IMG/VR virus record: IMGVR_UViG_3300031801_000798
Location: 3,004-67,003 of that record
Length of the DNA stretch: 64,000 nt
Origin: a virus
Reading direction: 5' to 3' (one strand)
Shown: in pieces, positions 47,722 to 55,633 of the stretch
Layout: every line of letters begins with the position of its first letter
Numbering within the stretch: the first letter of the stretch is position 1
Made by a program: the position numbers and the translations under genes
The notes under the pieces: generated by a model
The model's input: the letters and a program-made list of their open reading frames with translations, nothing else
Database searches by the model: none
Told to the model about the DNA's origin: nothing

Positions 47722-48245
47722 TACTTCTTACCCTTTTTCTTCTCGAATGGGTTGTCTTTTTTCTTTTTCTTGTCCTTATCCTTGCCATTCTTCTCTTTGT
47801 CTTTGTCTTTGTCTTTACCGTTCTTCTCCTCGTCGTCCTTATCGTGCATAAAGGCGTCATTTTCTTCTACGGGAAGGCACTTGCCATTTTTTGCAACATA
47901 TCCATTATTGCAGTTCGGCGGATAGCCAGCCTTATCATCGGCATGTGACTCAGCGGCCCTGTTTAAAATGTGATCTGACATTATTTCTCCTCTTGATTTT
48001 TTTACGAAAGTTAAAATTCTACCATTTTTTCTATACACACCCTTTCTTGCAAAGTAAAAAAGTTCGCTAGTTCTAGGGTCTTTGTATACAAAAATTGCAC
48101 CGGAAGATTTGCCCTTATTTTTCCACTGGTTGTGGCAAAAGGCTACTCTTTGTTTTTGTTCTGGGAAACTTTTTTGAGATTCGTTGCTTGACATGCATCT
48201 TTGGACAAATTTACTTTGTTGTTCTCCTGTTTTTGGCGAAGGCAT
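47721..48245 (-). CDS. hypothetical protein with Lys/Asp low-complexity tail
   Basis: GAGGAG RBS before ATG 48245; N-terminal FVQRCM..QRVAFC motif; KDKDKD tail. Confidence 0.7.
   Translation of the reverse strand: MPSPKTGEQQSKFVQRCMSSNESQKSFPEQKQRVAFCHNQWKNKGKSSGAIFVYKDPRTSELFYFARKGVYRKNGRILTFVKKSRGEIMSDHILNRAAESHADDKAGYPPNCNNGYVAKNGKCLPVEENDAFMHDKDDEEKNGKDKDKDKEKNGKDKDKKKKKDNPFEKKKGKK
47761..47830. repeat. coding low-complexity repeat ((TCTTTG)n; duplicated EKNGKDKDK)
   Basis: tandem hexamers and an imperfect duplication inside the 47721 gene. Confidence 0.6.
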
Positions 48246-48291
48246 TCTTGTCTCCTCTGTTCTAACATCCATTTTGGTGGGCCATTATGAA

Positions 48292-48912
48292 TTACTCTAT
48301 AATTTGGCATTTGAGGATAAGATCTGAAAATTTTTCGTGAAAGTCTGACCTTTGTCTCTCGTAAACTAGATTGCCAAAGTTTCTTGCCCTCTTAAGGGCT
48401 GTTGTTTTGTGTTTCACCTTGTCAAAAGCATCTTCTGCGACAACACGACAGTAATCTTCCCCTAAAAAGTCCAAAATAAGTTCCATTGTATCGCAACCAT
48501 AGTCTAGGAGGTCTTCATATCTCACTGTTAAGAAATTTGGTATCAGATCAGCGCCGCCTAGCCATTTTTCCTTATGGAGGTAGTAGGACTGGCTCGCTAT
48601 CTTGATGTTTTCTGCTGTTTGTGGACAATCAATGAATTCGAACAGTGAATACAAAGTATCAACTGGATTTCTGTGCAAATAGATAACATGGGAAAACTTT
48701 TCGGGTTCTAGTCCATCTTCTAGTAATTTAATTCGCCCTGAATCCGTTACAAATTCATAATCGTGGTGATGAACGCCCCAAGGGTCTCTTTTGGAGTCAT
48801 ACCACGGCAAGATATGCCCCTGTCTTGACACTCTTGGGCGATCCGTACACAATTCTATCACTCTCATGAGCCAGTGACATCCAGATCTTGGAAAAGAAAT
48901 CAAGTTAACCAT
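48292..48912 (-). CDS. sulfotransferase-like protein
   Basis: SFPRSGCHW (5'-PSB loop), HRNPVDTLYS (3'-PB), VRYEDL. Confidence 0.78.
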   Translation of the reverse strand: MVNLISFPRSGCHWLMRVIELCTDRPRVSRQGHILPWYDSKRDPWGVHHHDYEFVTDSGRIKLLEDGLEPEKFSHVIYLHRNPVDTLYSLFEFIDCPQTAENIKIASQSYYLHKEKWLGGADLIPNFLTVRYEDLLDYGCDTMELILDFLGEDYCRVVAEDAFDKVKHKTTALKRARNFGNLVYERQRSDFHEKFSDLILKCQIIE

Positions 48913-50002
48913 TATAAAGGCTTCCGATTATTTTATCAGCAGTATTTTCCCAAGAATATTTTTTTGCCGTATCAATTCCAGAGGTATTAACGGACAAATT
49001 TCCAGATTTTTTGAGTTCGTGTATTTCCCTAAAATTTTTCACGAGAGAGTGAAATTGTTTATCTCCTAAACTACCCCACTGACCTTGATGGAAGAACCAT
49101 TTACCGTCGTAGGCACTCTCAAGCTTATCTATCTTGATCAACCTGCAATTTTCTTCACTGCAAAATTCTGTGTGTGCAGAATAATTCGTAGCAATTACGT
49201 GTTTTCCGCAACTCATCATTTCTAATAATTCTAAGTTCCATCCTTCTGCTCTGGATGGAAAAACTCCGCAATCAGTTTGTCTCATAATATTATACACATC
49301 TTTTTGGCTTTGCTGACGAGGAATCAGCCTTATCTTATCACCCAATCTAGACCTCTTGTAGAGATCTGCCCATTCCTTTGACTCTTCCCCAGAGAGAAAT
49401 GGATTGTCGCACATCATCCACAATTCCACGTTGTCTTCTCGATTAAAAGCTTCGTTGAAAGCTTTGGCTATAACGTCATGGCCTTTTCTTATTTCCCATT
49501 TGCCACAATTGAAGAAAATTGTTTCAGTTCTATTGGAAAGTGTCTCAGCAAAAATACCACGGTCAACCCCAAGCGGCACAACATGAATATTATCGCATAA
49601 TGTGGTATTTTGAAGTATCTGCTTCATGCAGGATTTTAATATAACTTCTTTTGCCCATTTTGAGCAAACAAAGATCTTGTCCAGAGAAAGTAGGTGATGT
49701 TGCTCCTCTCGCGTGAAACTGTCTAGTTCAAAGATGGGAAATCCTACATGAATACCCTTTCCTACAAATTGACTCATGTTGTTTTGATGCCAAATTCTAA
49801 TACAGGATGCGTCAAAATTTGGGAGGCTGGAGTTGTTTACGCACTCGGTCAGAAGGTCGAGAGAATCATCTGGAAAGTTGGGCTGACCTATTACAAACAA
49901 GGATATCCTGTGATCTGCTTGGCTAAGGGCTTTTACCACATTTAGGCCAACAATTCCGTATCCCAATTGATTAATTGGGGATATGATATTGATGTGTTTC
50001 AT
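48905..50002 (-). CDS. glycosyltransferase family 4 (GT-B)
   Basis: PLGVD, GKWEIRKG, FPSRAEGWNLELLEMMSCG. Confidence 0.88.
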   Translation of the reverse strand: MKHINIISPINQLGYGIVGLNVVKALSQADHRISLFVIGQPNFPDDSLDLLTECVNNSSLPNFDASCIRIWHQNNMSQFVGKGIHVGFPIFELDSFTREEQHHLLSLDKIFVCSKWAKEVILKSCMKQILQNTTLCDNIHVVPLGVDRGIFAETLSNRTETIFFNCGKWEIRKGHDVIAKAFNEAFNREDNVELWMMCDNPFLSGEESKEWADLYKRSRLGDKIRLIPRQQSQKDVYNIMRQTDCGVFPSRAEGWNLELLEMMSCGKHVIATNYSAHTEFCSEENCRLIKIDKLESAYDGKWFFHQGQWGSLGDKQFHSLVKNFREIHELKKSGNLSVNTSGIDTAKKYSWENTADKIIGSLYNG

Positions 50003-50970
50003 ATAGACTCTGTTTGTTGCGTAAGCTTTCTTGCTGACTCAATCTCATTTTTCCAGTATGACAAATCGGCCACGTCTAGGTTTTCCATCTTGGGTTTGAT
50101 GATCTCATCATACTTACTTTTCAGGTTGTCTAAAACTATATCAGCCAAACTATTAACCACAAGGATTGGTAAATCTGATAGATATCTCATCGTCGGAGAG
50201 TTCAAAACTATTGGCACAACCCCAAGATAAATGCATTCCAGTATACGGTATGTATCTACACCGTTGCCTTCTGGACATAGACAATAAACATGTTCAGATA
50301 GTTCGTTCAAGTATTCCTTGAAATCTTTAGCTTCTTCTACAACCGTGATCCAAGGAAAATTTGCAGCCTGAAAATACTGTTTTACTTGCTGCCTTTCAAC
50401 TGTATAGTTTTGCCAATTTATATACAGTATATTTTTTTTGTCTTCGAAGGAATGCTTTGTTGCGTTATCTACGTCGTCGCTCGCATCTTTTCCAATGCCG
50501 ATTGGAATCCCTTGTATTCTATCATCTAATAGGAGTGGGTTGACTAGGAACCACTTCACGACGTTATCAGGAATCGATGGTATCGTTGCCCTAGTGAATG
50601 AATAGCACTTAATCGAATACATGTCCTCTAGGACACAGTTGTCGGGATCACACCTTGGTGAGATAACCAAGGGATTGTATCCCTGCTCTAGTATGTGGTT
50701 TTCCACAAAAGGAATCCACCTGAGCATGTCTTTTGCAACAGGATGCTGCTCTTGATAAGCCAATCCGTAATCACTGAAGGCACTAATAACGACATATTTA
50801 TTTTCTGTGTCATTGCACTTTCTAAAGAAGTCGGGAATATGTTCTATGTTGCAGTAGACCACTCCCTCGTCTGGTATGGAATCGTCAGCGTGATCATGCT
50901 CGTAGTTGCAATCACCCAAATCCATCCAAGATTTTACGTTGATGTAATTTTCTCTTTTTACTTGTTTCAT
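49999..50970 (-). CDS. exostosin/GT47-like glycosyltransferase
   Basis: IPIG, YCLCPEGNGVDTYRILECIYLGVVP. Confidence 0.7.
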   Translation of the reverse strand: MKQVKRENYINVKSWMDLGDCNYEHDHADDSIPDEGVVYCNIEHIPDFFRKCNDTENKYVVISAFSDYGLAYQEQHPVAKDMLRWIPFVENHILEQGYNPLVISPRCDPDNCVLEDMYSIKCYSFTRATIPSIPDNVVKWFLVNPLLLDDRIQGIPIGIGKDASDDVDNATKHSFEDKKNILYINWQNYTVERQQVKQYFQAANFPWITVVEEAKDFKEYLNELSEHVYCLCPEGNGVDTYRILECIYLGVVPIVLNSPTMRYLSDLPILVVNSLADIVLDNLKSKYDEIIKPKMENLDVADLSYWKNEIESARKLTQQTESI

Positions 50971-51024
50971 AGTTCTCACTCGGTCAGGGGTTAGGCGTAA
51001 TCAGCGGGAAAGGTTAAGCAGGAC

Positions 51025-51058
51025 AAAATAAAAAAGGAGCAATAATTACTTACTGCTC
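51025..51058 (-). terminator. rho-independent terminator
   Basis: GAGCAGTAA-gtaa-TTATTGCTC followed by CTTTTTTATTTT. Confidence 0.75.
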
Positions 51059-51262
51059 TTACTTAAAGTGTTGTTTGACGAATTCCCACTCTGTATTATT
51101 GTATATCTCCTTCACGCAGGAGCCTAAGAATGGGTGCGCTTTTTTAGCTTCCATATACAGCATATGAAAATGGGGTTGAAAAGACTCAACTGGTCCGTTC
51201 AACCCCTTATTTTCAATGTAATCGCAAATTATATGGGTAGCCCTATTAGGGAATTCGTTCAT
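51059..51262 (-). CDS. hypothetical protein
   Basis: 67-aa ORF, TAATG overlap. Confidence 0.6.
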   Translation of the reverse strand: MNEFPNRATHIICDYIENKGLNGPVESFQPHFHMLYMEAKKAHPFLGSCVKEIYNNTEWEFVKQHFK

Positions 51263-51453
51263 TATAATTTGGATGCCTGTTTAAGACAACTAACAGAGTG
51301 TTCATAATCTTCTAAAGCTTTAATAGCTTCTTCTACGATGTTTGAATGATCGCCAATAGCAACCACGGCAGAGGAAGTGTATAATTCATATCTGACAAGA
51401 GCCTCCTCTTTCTTAGCTTCAAAATGTGCGCGTACAGCTTTTACTACAGACAT
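51262..51453 (-). CDS. hypothetical protein
   Basis: 63-aa ORF with GGAGG RBS. Confidence 0.7.
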   Translation of the reverse strand: MSVVKAVRAHFEAKKEEALVRYELYTSSAVVAIGDHSNIVEEAIKALEDYEHSVSCLKQASKL

Positions 51454-51477
51454 TTAACCCTCCACTATCTTTATCCA

Positions 51478-51657
51478 TTATTTAATCCAGTTCGGGGGCC
51501 TATCCCATACAAAAAAACAAATGGACAACCACAACAGCAATTCTGTTTCGTATGCTGGTTGGAAGCCATTAAATAGTTGAAAACTGACCGCCCCAAGACA
51601 AGCGATATGACCACATATTCTAAAATTAAGACGAAGTCCTAAGTCAAGTCTAGACAC
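51478..51657 (-). CDS. hypothetical small membrane protein
   Basis: GTG at 51657 overlapping the iscA end; start uncertain. Confidence 0.4.
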   Translation of the reverse strand: MSRLDLGLRLNFRICGHIACLGAVSFQLFNGFQPAYETELLLWLSICFFVWDRPPNWIK

Positions 51658-51985
51658 TAAAACTCTCCCCGCAGCCACAACTCTTGGTTGCGTTAGGGTT
51701 GTTAAAAGAGAACCCACGTTTAGATAAGTCTTCTATCCATTCGATAGTAGTACCATCAATGAATAACTCAGCTTTCTTTTCAACTATCACAGTCAACCCA
51801 TCTTGCTCATACTTGTTATGAGTTTTTTCTGAATACTCTGTTTCTTCTACGAACCCCAACTTGTATTCAAAGCCAGAGCATCCTCCACCAGCAACGCCAA
51901 CCCGTAGCAACCTGTTGGTTGCCTCGGGAAGGTCTTGCATCACTCGTTTAACTTCTTTGACTGCTTTCTCTGTCAGAGTTATCAC
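51650..51985 (-). CDS. iscA: A-type Fe-S cluster carrier (IscA/SufA/ErpA)
   Basis: ITLTEKA, GGGCSGFEY, NPNA..SCGCGESF. Confidence 0.93.
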   Translation of the reverse strand: MITLTEKAVKEVKRVMQDLPEATNRLLRVGVAGGGCSGFEYKLGFVEETEYSEKTHNKYEQDGLTVIVEKKAELFIDGTTIEWIEDLSKRGFSFNNPNATKSCGCGESFSV

Positions 51986-53220
51986 AGGATTACCTTTGCA
52001 TCGCTCTCTACGAAATACCTTGGACGGCCAGCGAAATCAATCTTCTGCAATTGAGGATCAATACCGAAGTGAGAGAACAGAGTTGCAGTAACATCTTTCG
52101 GCCCAAAGGGTTCACTCTTGGGGGTTTCTGCCTTAGCTGTAGACTCCCCAATTACCCTACCCATTTCAAAATCTCCACCGCTAAACATCAGTGGGCTAAG
52201 TTGCGCCCAGTGATCTCTACCAGCGTTCTTATTGACACGGTAGGTACGGCCAAATTCGCCAGTGACTACAAGCAGGACATTCTTGCTCATACCTTTATCA
52301 TACAGGTCATCAATAAAGGTAGACAGAGCATGGTCAAGTGGAGGCATTCTACCATTAAGGGACTTGGCGATGTTGCTATGCATATCCCAGCCTCCATACT
52401 GAATGGTTACGAACCTAGTGCCATTTTCAACTAGCCTACGGGCTAGAAGCATTTGCTCTCCCAGTCCCTTGCCATACTTTTTACGGTTGTCCTCTGGTTC
52501 CTTCTTAAGGTCGAAGGCTTCACTAGCCTTTCCTAGGATAAGACCAAAAGATTGCTTACGCAGGTCAGGCCAGATTTCCAGTTCGTTTTCAATCTTTAGC
52601 TTATCCAACCCACCAACTAAATCCCGACGTTGAAGAAAACGATTGTTCTCCACTCTTGACTTAAGGTTTTCAACGCCCTCACCGCTCGCTCCGTAAGGCT
52701 TATACTGGCCACCCAACCAAGCTGGACCGTCAAAAGAAATGCCATTAACCTTGACGTAGGAGGGCATACCGGTTGTAGGATGATTAGCTCCATACACCGA
52801 TGACATGATAGAACCGTATGAAGGTTCTTCCTGCATTGACTGTGGGGTATTGTCAGTCGAGTTATGTCCAGTCATTACCCAGTGAGTACCAGTTCTATGG
52901 CTAGAGTTGCTATGAGCAAACGATCTAACTACAGAAATCTTATCACTCCTAGTAGCCAACTTAAGGAAGTTGCCGCCAAGGAGAAAGTCTCCGTTAGTCA
53001 TAACCGAACCAGTAGTGGATCTTACCTCCACTGGAGCCATTGGCTTAGGGTCGAATGTCTCAACATGAGTTGCCCCACCACCCAGCCACAACCAGACTAC
53101 CGACTTTTCATTGTTGGGCAGGTTCTCTGCGTTGGCGTCTGTCAAACCCATAGAAGAAAGAGAGGCGCTAATGCCTCCAACCTTCATAAAGTCTCGTCGG
53201 TTGAATTGAATATCAAGCAT
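51982..53220 (-). CDS. DUF1501 family protein
   Basis: NRRDFMK twin-Arg leader, LGGGATHVETFDPKP, LARRLVE.G, GWDMH, GEFGRT, GRDHW. Confidence 0.9.
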   Translation of the reverse strand: MLDIQFNRRDFMKVGGISASLSSMGLTDANAENLPNNEKSVVWLWLGGGATHVETFDPKPMAPVEVRSTTGSVMTNGDFLLGGNFLKLATRSDKISVVRSFAHSNSSHRTGTHWVMTGHNSTDNTPQSMQEEPSYGSIMSSVYGANHPTTGMPSYVKVNGISFDGPAWLGGQYKPYGASGEGVENLKSRVENNRFLQRRDLVGGLDKLKIENELEIWPDLRKQSFGLILGKASEAFDLKKEPEDNRKKYGKGLGEQMLLARRLVENGTRFVTIQYGGWDMHSNIAKSLNGRMPPLDHALSTFIDDLYDKGMSKNVLLVVTGEFGRTYRVNKNAGRDHWAQLSPLMFSGGDFEMGRVIGESTAKAETPKSEPFGPKDVTATLFSHFGIDPQLQKIDFAGRPRYFVESDAKVIL

Positions 53221-53470
53221 TAGGTGTCTCCTTCTCGTACCACTTTAAACGACTTGTTTTATAACGATTGGGGTCCGCTAACCCGCTGTCGAGTCTGTTC
53301 TCATCTGTTACATAGTAACCATGTTCATCTCCAATCACAACTTTATTTTCCTTGTTCAGTTCGCCTGTCTTCTCCATGTCTACCATAGATAGGTGACTGC
53401 CATACCTCGTAGGATATTTATAACGCTCTGGCGTCTTGATAAGCCTTTTTTGTTTAATTAGCCGTACCAT
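53213..53470 (-). CDS. hypothetical protein
   Basis: 85-aa ORF overlapping neighbours. Confidence 0.65.
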   Translation of the reverse strand: MVRLIKQKRLIKTPERYKYPTRYGSHLSMVDMEKTGELNKENKVVIGDEHGYYVTDENRLDSGLADPNRYKTSRLKWYEKETPNA

Positions 53471-54020
53471 CAGTTACTCCATATACTTTATCAAAGTCAA
53501 AAAATCTCCATCTGTCTAGATGGGCTACTTCTTCGTCAGAATCTATCTTCCTTAAGTAGGAAAGAAGATCGGCCCAATTGGAAAAGATTAGTTCATGGGG
53601 TATCACTCCGAATAGCCAGTTGGGTAGGTTGTCCTTGCCTTGGTCACACTTAATAAGAACAGGCTTCTTCTGAAAGATTGCCATAAATGCTTCGTGGTAA
53701 GATCCGCACATATGCACGTCAACATCCAAGCTCATAACGAGAAAATGTGCAATATCTACCATGCGTAAATCCACCGCGCAGATGGGCTTCATGATTTTGG
53801 CAACCTTGTTGTAGTTGCCTATTTCCTTGTAATAACGGATGACCTTGCGTGTGCTTTTGTCTTCAGGTGCAAAATCGCTAGGCTTGTTGCATGGGTTGTA
53901 TACACCAATTCCTAGATCATACAGGTGTGGAGTTATCCACTCTCTCCATCCCTCACCACCATCAGGGACTCGATCCATAGCCCCACACAGATAACAAGTC
54001 ATACTCTTTAATCTGTTCAT
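53454..54020 (-). CDS. nucleoside 2-deoxyribosyltransferase-like protein
   Basis: YLCGAMD, YNP, DLRMVD, GSYHE, KKPV; ATG at 54020. Confidence 0.7.
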   Translation of the reverse strand: MNRLKSMTCYLCGAMDRVPDGGEGWREWITPHLYDLGIGVYNPCNKPSDFAPEDKSTRKVIRYYKEIGNYNKVAKIMKPICAVDLRMVDIAHFLVMSLDVDVHMCGSYHEAFMAIFQKKPVLIKCDQGKDNLPNWLFGVIPHELIFSNWADLLSYLRKIDSDEEVAHLDRWRFFDFDKVYGVTDGTAN

Positions 54021-54030
54021 TTTCGTCTCC

Positions 54031-54056
54031 AAAAAAACCCCCCCTTTTGGGGGGGC
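54031..54056 (-). terminator. rho-independent terminator ending the rII operon
   Basis: GCCCCCCC-AAAA-GGGGGGGT followed by a T run. Confidence 0.85.
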
Positions 54057-54061
54057 ACCTG

Positions 54062-54514
54062 TTACTTCTTTGTCTTTCGATAAATGTCTTGTAGAAGATC
54101 CTCCACTTTGACATATTCCTTATCGCTAGCCAAATCTGCAACAAGCTGTTTGGCTTCAGCTTGCTGATGCCCCATCGAAACGAGGGTTGCTATAGCATCT
54201 TCCACAACCTGAGAGCCAGTTAAAAACGAGGCAGCTTCCTGCTCCTCTAGTCTGGATTGCATAATGTTCTTCATCACCCAATCCCTTGCTTTACCATCTC
54301 CCGATTTAGCCTTTTCAATTGCTTGCCGACAGATGATATTCCAATCGTTATCGGTAATAGGATCATCTTCTCGTTCATCTTCATAGACTACGATGTGCTG
54401 TGTCGTGTTCTCAACAATCACAGACCGTAACCCCCAGAAAAAAGCTAAGATACACACTACCGTCCAAAAACAAGCTATAAAGCCATCAGTACCAGATAGA
54501 TGAGAAGCCTCCAT
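54062..54514 (-). CDS. membrane-anchored protein with RuvA C-terminal (domain III/UBA-like) helical domain
   Basis: N-terminal TM; EDAIATLVSMGHQQAEAKQLV..VEDLLQ. Confidence 0.55.
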   Translation of the reverse strand: MEASHLSGTDGFIACFWTVVCILAFFWGLRSVIVENTTQHIVVYEDEREDDPITDNDWNIICRQAIEKAKSGDGKARDWVMKNIMQSRLEEQEAASFLTGSQVVEDAIATLVSMGHQQAEAKQLVADLASDKEYVKVEDLLQDIYRKTKK

Positions 54515-54526
54515 TTTAATCACCTA

Positions 54527-55393
54527 TTAGTTGAGTTCAGGATCATACCCATCATCGGCCCAATCTTGTTCATCAGATTCCTCAACGCCTCCGTTGTCAC
54601 CCATGATGCCAGCCATGAAGTTAGCGAAGTCTTCTTGGCTCCATTCTTGACTATCGGGATGATGAACAACCTGCTGAAGCGGTCCATCGTAATCAGCAAC
54701 CACTTCGTATGCACAAGTACGAACCTTCTGGCACTCAGAATCGAGAGGCACAGAAACAACATCCTTGGGGTTGACCTTAACGATGACCACTTTGTCATCA
54801 GTGTTTGGATCACCCGTAATACGACTGTAGCCTTCGACATACTCGATTGCGCCACAGTGAAGACCCTCGCTGCAACCAACGTCGCAGTTGTCGTTCACCT
54901 TACGGCGTTTCATACCCACCTGCTGACCAACACTGTTATCAATATTGCCAGTCCACTTATCCTTGTAGTCATGGGTTACAGCCTTGTAAGCAAGAAAGCA
55001 TCCATCTTCCGTAATGGGCAAGTTCTTGTTCTCAAGGAAGGAATACAATTCCTCCACAGCACGGTTGCTGGGATTCTCAAGCACGTTAGCCAAGAAATTA
55101 AGCATGGGCTTGAAGGGGAATCCATCCCGCATCATTTGCATAACACGGTCTGTTAGTGCGTTATGAATCTCCTCATCGTCATACTGAAGGATACCGTCCT
55201 TGATATCAACTTTTCCTTCAGTGTAATTGAGGATTGACTTGGGGATGTCAAGCAACGGGATCAAAGTAGCTTCATCGTTGTTACCAAGGCATTCCTTAAT
55301 TGCCATGTAATTAGGATGGTCGTGTCCAACTGTGTGACTCTCGTTGTTCACAACGATTGTCATAGTTCCGTTACCGCTTACAATATAATTCAT
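54527..55393 (-). CDS. rIIB: rIIB-like protein
   Basis: NPS..AVEELYSFL, ITEDGCFLAYK, CSEGLH, VKVNPKDVVSVPLD, RTCAYEV. Confidence 0.88.
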   Translation of the reverse strand: MNYIVSGNGTMTIVVNNESHTVGHDHPNYMAIKECLGNNDEATLIPLLDIPKSILNYTEGKVDIKDGILQYDDEEIHNALTDRVMQMMRDGFPFKPMLNFLANVLENPSNRAVEELYSFLENKNLPITEDGCFLAYKAVTHDYKDKWTGNIDNSVGQQVGMKRRKVNDNCDVGCSEGLHCGAIEYVEGYSRITGDPNTDDKVVIVKVNPKDVVSVPLDSECQKVRTCAYEVVADYDGPLQQVVHHPDSQEWSQEDFANFMAGIMGDNGGVEESDEQDWADDGYDPELN

Positions 55394-55411
55394 TTTCAAT
55401 ACCTTTAAAAG

Positions 55412-55633
55412 TTACACAGACTGACTAATCTTAAGACCGCTAACCTTGCTCACACTAAATGACTTAGTATCTACATCATTTTCGATAGTGAAAAACGGAC
55501 CTTGGGGACCAATCCCAATATCAATCAATTCACCATGACGAGGCTTCTTATGGTAAGTGAACTCAACGTCACTGTTCAAAGCCGAATTCAAAACATTCTT
55601 CAGTTCACTAAAACTCTTTCCACTAATTCTCAT
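55412..55633 (-). CDS. hypothetical protein
   Basis: ORF between rIIA and rIIB. Confidence 0.6.
   Translation of the reverse strand: MRISGKSFSELKNVLNSALNSDVEFTYHKKPRHGELIDIGIGPQGPFFTIENDVDTKSFSVSKVSGLKISQSV

Noticed and set aside
47489-47925. Plus-strand Phe/Leu/Ser-rich ORFs
   Set aside because: Mirror of the Lys/Asp-rich minus-strand gene.
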